From a virus, in IMG/VR virus record IMGVR_UViG_3300045988_020353, positions 1 to 36,230 of that record: DNA of 36,230 nt; one strand, 5' to 3'. The notes below the pieces were generated by a model. That model was not told the origin of the DNA, did no database searches, and saw nothing but the letters and a program-made list of their open reading frames with translations. The position numbers and the translations under genes are program-made. Positions 15,485-23,130 of this stretch are shown here, in pieces (positions within the stretch are counted from its first letter, which is position 1; each line of letters starts with the position of its first letter).

Positions 15485-15912
15485 TGGTAGACTTCAACAA
15501 AAAACTAAAGATAGACCGCATCAACCTGTTTTGTAATGTGGTTACGAAGATGGCGAACGGAACGCCCGCCGAGGGTTACGCGATAGGAGACGCTATAAAG
15601 CAATTACCGGAGAACCTGCAACAGTATTTAATATCAGAAGTGCCGGACACAATACTAAGAAGAGAGTACAGCCGCCGGGAGCTCCATAAAGGAGACAGCG
15701 CGGTATTCGAAGGGGCTGACACAGTGGCCGAGGTTTACAAGGAAGAAGTGTTTAACGCTAACCGGGCGGAAGCCGTGAAGGACCTGCTAGGGGTTAAATC
15801 ACAGTTCCCAGATATACTGGACGTGATCGAAGAAGTACTAAAGTGTTTCCCGGAGCGGTACACGTTAGACGATATTTACGATATGTTATATAAAAAGGAT
15901 TTGGGGCTATGA
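15484..15912 (+). CDS. Hypothetical protein (142 aa)
   Basis: ORF track. TAATG-type junction upstream and ATGA overlap downstream. Confidence 0.6.
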   Translation: MVDFNKKLKIDRINLFCNVVTKMANGTPAEGYAIGDAIKQLPENLQQYLISEVPDTILRREYSRRELHKGDSAVFEGADTVAEVYKEEVFNANRAEAVKDLLGVKSQFPDILDVIEEVLKCFPERYTLDDIYDMLYKKDLGL

Positions 15913-16388
15913 GTGAAGGATTCAAAAAATCGGCTTCGTATTCGGATGAATGGTACACGCCAAAATTCATTATGGACAGTTTAGGCAAATTCGATTTAGA
16001 CCCGTGCGCACCGAGCGTGCCTCTATTCAAAACCGCCGAAATAATGTATAACGAATTCGACGACGGACTAGCGCAGAAATGGAAGGGGCGTGTATGGCTT
16101 AACCCGCCATATTCACGCCCGTTAATAAACAAGTTTATGCGCCGGATGGCAGAGCACAACCGAGGGACGGCTTTAATTTTTTCCCGCACCGACACGGAAC
16201 TATTTCACACGGAAGTGTTCAGCAAGGCAACTGCCGTTAAGTTCCTCAAGGGTAGGATCAAGTTTCTAAAGCCTGACGGTACAGAAGCCGGATCGCCCGG
16301 ATGCGGTAGCGTGTTAATTGCGTATGGTGAAGAGGATGCGAATATATTAGAATGTAATGAACTGGAAGGAAAATTTATAAGATTATGA
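15909..16388 (+). CDS. DNA N6-adenine methyltransferase, phage Dam family (159 aa)
   Basis: SDEWYTPKFIMDSLGKFDLDPCA and catalytic VWLNPPYS (NPPY), characteristic of the phage N-6-adenine methyltransferase family. No cognate restriction endonuclease is nearby. Confidence 0.88.
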   Translation: MSEGFKKSASYSDEWYTPKFIMDSLGKFDLDPCAPSVPLFKTAEIMYNEFDDGLAQKWKGRVWLNPPYSRPLINKFMRRMAEHNRGTALIFSRTDTELFHTEVFSKATAVKFLKGRIKFLKPDGTEAGSPGCGSVLIAYGEEDANILECNELEGKFIRL

Positions 16389-16603
16389 AAACAATAACGA
16401 TAGGCGGGCGTACCTACGGAGAGGTAGAGGTAGGCGAGAAAGTAGCCTGTAAAGGTTGCATTTTTTACACCGTAGGATGGGACTTGAACACGCCACAGTG
16501 TACCGCGGTTAATACCCCCGAGATTCAATGCGACGCGGATAATAGGGAGGACGGAAAGAATGTGGTATTTAAATTAATGGCTAACAATGTTACAGAGGAG
16601 TAA
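16385..16603 (+). CDS. Small Cys-containing protein (72 aa), possible zinc ribbon
   Basis: CKGC ... C ... C spacing (VACKGCIFY..PQCTAVNTPEIQC). ATGA overlap with the methyltransferase stop. Confidence 0.55.
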   Translation: MKTITIGGRTYGEVEVGEKVACKGCIFYTVGWDLNTPQCTAVNTPEIQCDADNREDGKNVVFKLMANNVTEE

Positions 16604-17975
16604 TTTACACGGCTACCAGCGTACCGCCGTCGAGCACATCAAGGAACACCCGGACGCGGCTCTATTCCTTGATATGGGACTGGGAAAAACGGTGAGTACG
16701 CTAACCGCCGTAGCCGATCTTATAAATGAGTTCGAGGTAACTAAGGTTTTGATCGTAGCGCCGAAGCGTGTCGCCGAAATGACATGGGGGGACGAGATCG
16801 AGAACTGGGCGCACATCCGCCACCTTCGTTTGTCAGTGATAAAAGGCACGGCGAAGCAACGCGAGATAGCGGCGAGGGCGGAAGCCGACGTTTACACCGT
16901 GAGCCGCGACAACCTTGTATGGCTTCTGCAAATGTGGGGCGGGTCGAAAGTGCCGTACGACATGCTGGTACTGGACGAATTAAGTAGTTTCAAGAACCAT
17001 CAGTCTAAACGCTTCAAGGCCGCGAAGATTATCCGGCGCAGTGTTAGCAGGGTGGTAGGTCTGACAGGAACACCCGCGCCGAACGGACTAATAGATCTAT
17101 GGGCGCAAATGTATTTAGTCGATGGGGGGCAAAGGTTGGGAAAGACAATAACCGACTACCGGGCTAACTATTTCAGACCGGGAGCGCAAAACGGCGGGAT
17201 TGTTTACGAGTACAAACCGCTAGCGACAACTGAGGCGGTATTAGGCGAGAAGATAGCCGACATTACTCTATCAATGAAGGCGTTAGACTTCCTGGATATG
17301 CCGGAACTTACATACGTGAACAACTACGTAGAATTGTCCCCGAAGGTGAAGAAGATGTACGACAAGTTTGAAGAAGAACAGGTTTTGCAGCTACTAAGGG
17401 ATTCCAACTACGACTATGCCGAGATCACTGCACTAAGCGCCGCCGCCTTATCAAACAAACTCTTGCAGTTCGCGGGCGGATCGGTTTACGATGCAGACCG
17501 GAATGTAAGGGCGGTGCACGATGAGAAACTGGAAACGTTGGTTGAGATGGTGGAAGCCGCGAACGGATCGCCCGTGCTAGTGGCATACAACTTCCAACAC
17601 GAGAAGGCGCGCATACTGGAAGCCTTGAAAGGTTTTGGAGCGGAAGCCCTTGAAGGCGTGGACAGCGTGCGCAGGTGGAACGAGGGAAAGATACCCGTCC
17701 TAGTGACACACCCGGCTAGCGCGGGGCACGGTCTGAATATGCAGAAGGGAGGAAACCGGATCATCTGGTACGGTAATACTTGGAGCTTGGAACTTTATCA
17801 GCAGTTCAACGCGAGGTTATGGAGACAGGGACAAAAGAATAGCGTGTTTGTTCACCATATCGTAACGAAAGGCACGATAGACGAGCGGGTTATAGCGGCG
17901 TTAAGCGGAAAGGCGGATACGCAAAATGGACTTATGGACATGGTTAAGGAACTAATTAAAAAATATAGAGTATGA
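16587..17975 (+). CDS. SNF2-family (SF2) DNA helicase/translocase (462 aa)
   Basis: LHGYQ; motif I DMGLGKT; motif II LVLDELSSFKN; motif III GLTGTPAPN; GHGLNMQ; motif VI QQFNARLWRQGQ. Confidence 0.9.
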   Translation: MLQRSNLHGYQRTAVEHIKEHPDAALFLDMGLGKTVSTLTAVADLINEFEVTKVLIVAPKRVAEMTWGDEIENWAHIRHLRLSVIKGTAKQREIAARAEADVYTVSRDNLVWLLQMWGGSKVPYDMLVLDELSSFKNHQSKRFKAAKIIRRSVSRVVGLTGTPAPNGLIDLWAQMYLVDGGQRLGKTITDYRANYFRPGAQNGGIVYEYKPLATTEAVLGEKIADITLSMKALDFLDMPELTYVNNYVELSPKVKKMYDKFEEEQVLQLLRDSNYDYAEITALSAAALSNKLLQFAGGSVYDADRNVRAVHDEKLETLVEMVEAANGSPVLVAYNFQHEKARILEALKGFGAEALEGVDSVRRWNEGKIPVLVTHPASAGHGLNMQKGGNRIIWYGNTWSLELYQQFNARLWRQGQKNSVFVHHIVTKGTIDERVIAALSGKADTQNGLMDMVKELIKKYRV

Positions 17976-18211
17976 AGAGGATAAATTATAAGGCGGGCGA
18001 TATAGTCGCATTAGTCGACGGAGTGCATTACAAGTACTTAGGATTTAACAGGAGGCTGGGGGGTTATTTGTACGAGCCGATAGAGCCCCAAGTAGTTTCT
18101 ATATTCTGCACCTTGACAGATGAAGAGTGTGAGAAGTGCAAGCTAAATAAAGGTACAGTACCTTTTGCGTGGAAAATGGACGATAATATAACAATAATAA
18201 AGAAAGTATGA
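17972..18211 (+). CDS. Hypothetical small protein (79 aa), paralogous to the N-terminus of the next gene
   Basis: MKRINYKAGDIVALVDGVHYKYLGFNRR aligns with MKSTNYKKGDVVILGDGKRYKYLGTKR. ATGA overlaps. Confidence 0.6.
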   Translation: MKRINYKAGDIVALVDGVHYKYLGFNRRLGGYLYEPIEPQVVSIFCTLTDEECEKCKLNKGTVPFAWKMDDNITIIKKV

Positions 18212-18678
18212 AATCAACAAATTACAAAAAAGGTGATGTAGTGATTTTGGGCGATGGAAAACGCTACAAGTATTTAGGTACAAAACGCGTAGCGGGTATC
18301 AATACGGACGCGTACAAACCGTTAGACGGAGAGACCGGGTTCGCCTTGCTGGAGGACACCGAGGGCGGTTTCGTTCCGTTCGAAAATAAGTTATCCGTCG
18401 AGGTGGTAGGCTTGAAGTGGTACGAGAAAGTATTACAGTGGTGGAAAGCGTCTAACCGCTGGAAACATTTCCTATTCGCCATCCCGTTAGGCGCGGTATG
18501 CGGAGCGCATTTCACTACCGGCGTAGGGCTGGGGATGGAAATAAAGGATCACCTGTACGGCGGGAAGGCTGATTTCGTGGACTTCGCGTTAACCGCGGTT
18601 GGCGGCTTTATCGGGCATGGGGCGATGCTCCTTATTGGTTTGGACTATATGATAGGGTATTTAATCAATTTAATATAA
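18208..18678 (+). CDS. Membrane protein: SH3/KOW-like N-terminal domain (paralogue of 17972) fused to a C-terminal multi-TM region (156 aa)
   Basis: Hydrophobic segments HFLFAIPLGAVCGAHFTTGVGLGM and FALTAVGGFIGHGAMLLIGLDYMIGYLINLI. Confidence 0.6.
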   Translation: MKSTNYKKGDVVILGDGKRYKYLGTKRVAGINTDAYKPLDGETGFALLEDTEGGFVPFENKLSVEVVGLKWYEKVLQWWKASNRWKHFLFAIPLGAVCGAHFTTGVGLGMEIKDHLYGGKADFVDFALTAVGGFIGHGAMLLIGLDYMIGYLINLI

Positions 18679-18684
18679 TAAGGT

Positions 18685-18855
18685 ATGATAGTATTTGTAA
18701 TTTTGCTAGTATTATTAGCTACATTATCTATAACGTGTGCACTGATCGCGTTTATAAACGGAAGCGAAAAATGGGTGGTTAGATTTTCAATCGGGTTCGC
18801 CGTTTTTATATTTGTAGCGTTATTATCATTAGTATATATGTTTATTAAACAATAA
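18685..18855 (+). CDS. Small two-TM membrane protein (56 aa)
   Basis: Hand translation: MIVFVILLVLLATLSITCALIAFINGSEKWVVRFSIGFAVFIFVALLSLVYMFIKQ. It fills an otherwise empty gap. Below the ORF-track cut-off. Confidence 0.55.
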   Translation: MIVFVILLVLLATLSITCALIAFINGSEKWVVRFSIGFAVFIFVALLSLVYMFIKQ

Positions 18856-18858
18856 GGT

Positions 18859-19164
18859 ATGGAAAATATGAATCATTTATTCAGAGAACAAGAAATGAAG
18901 GAACAAGAGTTAGCAGGCATCAGAACCGGGCGTTTCAAAACCGCACTGGACCGTGCGGAGAAAGCGCAATACAATATGAGAGTGAAGATAGACAAGGCGG
19001 AAGCCGAGAGAGTTATGGTATACGCCGAACGCGTACCGAGAAACGCGAAGGAGATAACAACCATAACGATATACCGGAAGAACGAGCCGCAACACCGGGT
19101 GGACTTATCGAGGGTTGAGGCGCTCCGTTTGATCAGTGAAATTAAAGAAGCGCTGAAATTATGA
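18859..19164 (+). CDS. Hypothetical helical protein (101 aa)
   Basis: ORF track. Charged helical composition. Confidence 0.55.
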   Translation: MENMNHLFREQEMKEQELAGIRTGRFKTALDRAEKAQYNMRVKIDKAEAERVMVYAERVPRNAKEITTITIYRKNEPQHRVDLSRVEALRLISEIKEALKL

Positions 19165-19262
19165 TGAAGGAGGCATTGAAAATGCTGGGACAAATGGTCC
19201 TGGCAATCGCGGCGGGGATCGCGCTTGGTTGTGTTTTAGTATGTATCTTAAATAATTTGTAA
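19161..19262 (+). CDS. Single-TM micro-protein (33 aa)
   Basis: Hand translation: MMKEALKMLGQMVLAIAAGIALGCVLVCILNNL. ATGA overlap upstream, and ends 1 nt before the next ATG. Confidence 0.45.
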   Translation: MMKEALKMLGQMVLAIAAGIALGCVLVCILNNL

Positions 19263-19263
19263 T

Positions 19264-19803
19264 ATGCCGACACCATATATTAAGAAGAAACAGAGAAGGG
19301 TTCTATTGGTTGAAGATATGGCACGCGTTTATAATCTTCACGCGTTCTTCATATTCAACTGGCTTGAGGCAAACGGTGTGAAGTACGCCAAGGTGAAGGG
19401 CAAACCGTTTCACGCCGTAAATGCCGAGATATTCTGCGAGGCGATCCGGGATATAATGTATGCAGCTAGTAAGGTACGGGATGACCGGAACACACGGATG
19501 CAGCCGGAGCGAATACCAACAATAGAAAACATGCTATATCGTGACAAGGACAAGAAGCGCGTAGGGCCCTACGAAAATGATGACATAGAACGCCCGATCT
19601 ACACGAGCAAAGACACCGAGACGAACAAATACGGCATAGAGGTTTCAATGCTGTACCGGGTCAATATGTATTGTGACGGTAGCAGGACGCTGGACAAGTT
19701 GAACCACCGTACTTTGAGATGGGAAAACACAGAAAGGGCGGAGAAATGGAAATGTAAAGAAATTTTAGACGACTGGAAGGTTTTATACGGGTTGGTTATG
19801 TAG
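19264..19803 (+). CDS. Hypothetical protein (179 aa), last gene of the early block
   Basis: ORF track. Followed by tandem terminators. Confidence 0.65.
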   Translation: MPTPYIKKKQRRVLLVEDMARVYNLHAFFIFNWLEANGVKYAKVKGKPFHAVNAEIFCEAIRDIMYAASKVRDDRNTRMQPERIPTIENMLYRDKDKKRVGPYENDDIERPIYTSKDTETNKYGIEVSMLYRVNMYCDGSRTLDKLNHRTLRWENTERAEKWKCKEILDDWKVLYGLVM

Positions 19804-19809
19804 GAATTG

Positions 19810-19844
19810 AGGGGTTAATGTATAAAAACGTTAACCCCTTTTTG
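19810..19844 (+). terminator. Intrinsic terminator closing the early block
   Basis: AGGGGTTAA-(12-nt loop)-TTAACCCCT: 9-bp stem followed by TTTTT. Confidence 0.8.
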
Positions 19845-19868
19845 TGTTAAAATCGTTAACACGCTTTT
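19844..19868 (+). terminator. Second, back-to-back hairpin (possible tandem terminator)
   Basis: GTGTTAA-AATCG-TTAACAC: 7-bp stem followed by GCTTTT. Confidence 0.45.
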
Positions 19869-19993
19869 GGCGCACTTCTACAAAAACTTTGTGAGAAAAA
19901 ACTTTTTATAGAGAAAGCTTGATTTTAACGGTATTTTAACTAAAAAGCCTGTTTTTGACAAAAAAGTAGTGAAAACCTTCTTTTACATTGCTA

Positions 19994-20148
19994 TTTCATC
20001 ATTTACACCTGACCAGGCCCACAGGACGCAGAACGCGTTTTTCAAGTTTTTGATGTAAATGGTTAAAATTTGTATCTTTCACACCTAACTTGCTTATTTA
20101 TAGTACTTTATACTGTAATATAGTGTATTTGTAAATGATGTAAAGATG
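19994..20148 (+). repeat. Conserved non-coding module, copy B: 15-nt box (19994-20008), 54 nt, 86-nt block (20063-20148) with promoter-like TTTG(20049-20052)/TATCTTTC(20073-20080)
   Basis: See copy A (3327-3481). Same box-to-block spacing and same block length. Confidence 0.8.
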
Positions 20149-20272
20149 ATTACTAGTGGAGTATATTTTAATAAGTAATAGTATAGTTAACATAAATATA
20201 CTATTGTTATTTTAAATAATTTATTTGGGGTATTTTTTAAAATATATCTAATAGGAAAACGTCTTTTTATCT

Positions 20273-20287
20273 TTTCATCATTTACAC
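20273..20287 (+). repeat. Second exact copy in region B of the 15-nt box TTTCATCATTTACAC
   Basis: Identical to 19994-20008, giving direct repeats 279 bp apart that flank the 86-nt block and the most AT-rich stretch. Confidence 0.85.
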
Positions 20288-20375
20288 TTGGGTTGAAATG
20301 CCCTATTCATCGGGGTTTTGGGTGTAAACGATAGCTTTGATAGGCATAAATAAGGCGATTTGGGTGGAAAAAGCG

Positions 20376-20383
20376 TATTTTTG
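20376..20383 (+). promoter_or_regulatory. -7-like box TATTTTTG upstream of terS, with no properly spaced -33 TTTG
   Basis: TAnnTTTG match 22 nt upstream of ATG 20406. The nearest TTTG elements are 13 nt and 36 nt away. Confidence 0.3.
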
Positions 20384-20405
20384 TAGAGTTGTAAATAAAA
20401 ATTAT

Positions 20406-21116
20406 ATGGCTACAAAGAAGAAACAAATTATAGAAACTACGAAGCCCGTGGAGCTTCCAAAGGAGAAGCCCGTACCGGAGGAGAGGATTAAAGCTGTGTG
20501 TGGCGGTGGCGCGATCCGGCCGACGTACGCGTCTACGCAATACCTCTCCGATTCGTTCGAGTGCACCCGGTGCTACCAACTGGCTACGCGCCGGTTCGGC
20601 AAGACGCCCGTCTGGCAAGACCCCGCCGAGCTGTGGGAAGCGTACGCCATTTACACGGCTTGGTGCGAGGCTACACCCGTTATAGTGTACGAGGCAATAA
20701 AGTCCGGTCCGGCAGCCGGAACGTTATACGAAGTGCCAAAGAAGCACTTACAGAGTGAAAGCGAGTTTACGGCTTTCCTAGGGGCTGGGGTGAAGTACCT
20801 GCACGAACGCCGCAACACTTATACGAAGAACTTCGAGGAGTTCGGTTTGTCGGTATGTGAGGAGTTCGTAGAGACGATAGACCGCATACGCGCCGAGATC
20901 GCGGCGGACATGGATCAGGGTGCGAGCGTCGGACAATTCGACGCGCAATATATCAGGGCGCTACGCGGGATCAAGATGCAAATGGACTACACATCCAATG
21001 GCGAAGCCATCAAGGGCGGCTTGACCGTCAACGTTACCGATCCGAAAGCGTCCGCTAGGATGGGGAAACTTAAGGACTTCAAGAAGGACCATAAAGGCGA
21101 GGAGGAAAAGAAATGA
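20406..21116 (+). CDS. terS: Terminase small subunit (236 aa)
   Basis: GKTPVWQDPAELWEAYAIYTAWCE ... EFTAFLGAGVKYLHERR pattern, as in gp3-type/Terminase_2-like small subunits. ATGA overlap with terL. Start trimmed from the track's TTG at 20337 to ATG 20406. Confidence 0.65.
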   Translation: MATKKKQIIETTKPVELPKEKPVPEERIKAVCGGGAIRPTYASTQYLSDSFECTRCYQLATRRFGKTPVWQDPAELWEAYAIYTAWCEATPVIVYEAIKSGPAAGTLYEVPKKHLQSESEFTAFLGAGVKYLHERRNTYTKNFEEFGLSVCEEFVETIDRIRAEIAADMDQGASVGQFDAQYIRALRGIKMQMDYTSNGEAIKGGLTVNVTDPKASARMGKLKDFKKDHKGEEEKK

Positions 21117-22285
21117 ACTGTACGTACGTCTTCAACAAGATGCTAGACTATTTTGTAGACCCGAACATAAGAGGTATCGCGAGCAAAGGCGGTACGCGTT
21201 CTTCAAAGACGTGGAGCGTGTTACAGCTCCTTTATCTAGTGGCGAGGGAAAGCCCCGACCCTCTTATGATCTCGTGTGTTACCGACACATTACCCGCCGT
21301 GAAGCGCGGTATGTTCCGTGACTTTCAGAACATGCTGTTAGACGAGGGGCTATGGGACGAGAACTCATTAAACAAGTCGGATATGATCTACACGGTGAAG
21401 CCCGGTGTGTGCATCGAGTTCTTCGGGTGCGACAACGCGTCGAAGGTACACGGTCCGGCACGTGACATCCTTTTCATCAACGAGGCGCAGCGCGTACCCC
21501 GCGAGATATTTAGACAGTTGGATGTACGTACGACGCTCAAGGTTATAATCGACTTCAACCCGGTACGCCGCTTCTGGGGTGAGACGGACTTCGTAGGGGA
21601 CAAGTACGTAACGATACACAGCACTTACAAGGATAACCCGTATTTGTCGAGGCAGCAGGTCGAGGCGATCGAACGGAACGCGAAGGATGTTAATTGGTGG
21701 CGCGTGTACGGTGAAGGTCAGACGGGTGGGCTGGAAGGGCTCGTATATCCCCAAATTGAGACGATCGAGGCGCTGCCGGAGGATTTAACGGGCGAGGACG
21801 TAAAGTTTGTTACAGGGCTTGATTTTGGCTTTCAGAACGACCCGACCGCTATTGTTAAAATATACATGCGGGGAATGAACCTGTACATAGACGAAGTGTG
21901 TTACGAGACGAAGATGTTAAACCGCACGATAGCCGAGCGTCTCAAGGACGAGGGGCTGCACCGTACCATGACGATATGCGACAATGCAGAGCAGAAGTCT
22001 ATCATAGAGCTACGCGGGCTAGGATGCAACACGTTTCCCTGTATCAAGGGCAAAGGGTCAATCAAGGCGGGCATACAGCAGGTTAAGCAGTTCAACCTGT
22101 TTGTTACGAAGCGGAGCACTAACGTACTGGACGAGGCGGACAATTACACCTACGTCAAGGACAACCTGACTGACACGTATACGAACGAGCCGATAGACGA
22201 TTACAACCACGCTTGGGACGCCATCCGTTACGGCGTTGACTATCTTATACGTAAATACCGCCCGAGATACGCAAATAATGATTAG
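21113..22285 (+). CDS. terL: Terminase large subunit, PBSX/Terminase_3-like (390 aa)
   Basis: Walker A-like SKGGTRSSKTWS, Walker B-like ILFINEA, C-terminal RNaseH-like nuclease motifs (GLDFGFQNDPTA, DNAEQKSI, HAWDAIRY). Confidence 0.85.
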   Translation: MNCTYVFNKMLDYFVDPNIRGIASKGGTRSSKTWSVLQLLYLVARESPDPLMISCVTDTLPAVKRGMFRDFQNMLLDEGLWDENSLNKSDMIYTVKPGVCIEFFGCDNASKVHGPARDILFINEAQRVPREIFRQLDVRTTLKVIIDFNPVRRFWGETDFVGDKYVTIHSTYKDNPYLSRQQVEAIERNAKDVNWWRVYGEGQTGGLEGLVYPQIETIEALPEDLTGEDVKFVTGLDFGFQNDPTAIVKIYMRGMNLYIDEVCYETKMLNRTIAERLKDEGLHRTMTICDNAEQKSIIELRGLGCNTFPCIKGKGSIKAGIQQVKQFNLFVTKRSTNVLDEADNYTYVKDNLTDTYTNEPIDDYNHAWDAIRYGVDYLIRKYRPRYANND

Positions 22286-22294
22286 ATTTGCAGC

Positions 22295-22453
22295 ATGAGA
22301 GTAGACGACCGAGTGCGCATTAAATACGATTACGCCGGAAACACCGGGACGGTTACGGAGACCGACGTGTTGGGCGTGGTTGTACAGTGGGACGGATCGG
22401 ATGTCGAAGAGTGGTACTATTACGAGGAACTAGAACTGATTGAATATGAGTAA
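22295..22453 (+). CDS. Hypothetical small protein (52 aa), SH3-like composition
   Basis: Hand translation: MRVDDRVRIKYDYAGNTGTVTETDVLGVVVQWDGSDVEEWYYYEELELIEYE. Below the ORF-track cut-off. Confidence 0.45.
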   Translation: MRVDDRVRIKYDYAGNTGTVTETDVLGVVVQWDGSDVEEWYYYEELELIEYE

Positions 22454-23126
22454 AACAGCGTTTTATGGCGTGGAGTGGCTGATACTGAATGAGCAAACCA
22501 ACTGGCGGGGAAAGATTAAAAACGTCTTCCGTCGCTTGTGGTGGAAGATTTGTGGGTATTACAACCGCAAACAATTAGAATATATTTGTAACTTGCATCC
22601 GAATTACAAGGGCGGCCTAACTTCTGACCAAGCAGCGACACTTAACGCGGTGGCAGAGTACGCTAAGGCCGACCCTTTTATTGTAAAAAACGGCAAGCTA
22701 ATATACCGCATACCGCGTATCGAGGACGTAACACTATGGCAGGTTATAGAGGCTAGGAGAAGTGAGACGGCAAGCGAGAAGGTGACGAAGTGGTGTACAC
22801 CGATCGAGCACAAGCCCGCGGAGTATGCGCCGGATAACGTCTACCATCTGTTGTGTGCGACGAAGTACATTAAGGAGCAGATCGAAACGGCGGACGGACT
22901 GGAGAAACGCCTGTTCCCTTTCGATGCGGGGAGCACGCCGGAAGATGATCCGATCAAGGAGGCTAAGAACGTCCTGACACTCGTACAGGCTACGGCAGAA
23001 TTGTTCAAGTGCACGTTCGAGGAGGCGAAGAAGATAAACTACCTAGATGCAATGCTAGCGCTTTCAAAGCGTCACGAGGAGAACGAGAAACAAAAGGCAG
23101 AGATGAAGAAACATTATAAATCATAA
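22446..23126 (+). CDS. Hypothetical late protein (226 aa)
   Basis: ORF-track frame, with the start trimmed from TTG 22440 to ATG 22446. No motif recognised. Confidence 0.6.
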   Translation: MSKTAFYGVEWLILNEQTNWRGKIKNVFRRLWWKICGYYNRKQLEYICNLHPNYKGGLTSDQAATLNAVAEYAKADPFIVKNGKLIYRIPRIEDVTLWQVIEARRSETASEKVTKWCTPIEHKPAEYAPDNVYHLLCATKYIKEQIETADGLEKRLFPFDAGSTPEDDPIKEAKNVLTLVQATAELFKCTFEEAKKINYLDAMLALSKRHEENEKQKAEMKKHYKS

Positions 23127-23130
23127 CGTT

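Noticed and set aside
3868-19803. Lysogeny module (integrase, CI-like repressor, excisionase, attP), tRNA genes, toxin-antitoxin pairs
   Set aside because: I recognised no tyrosine or serine recombinase motifs, no long repressor and no cloverleaf-like sequence. The 59-aa HTH alone is insufficient to call an excisionase without an integrase.
20307-20618. 103-aa minus-strand ORF and the + strand alternative frames 20498-20758 and 20500-20685
   Set aside because: They overlap the terS coding region. They are Arg/Pro-rich, as is typical of off-frame translation of a GC-richer gene.
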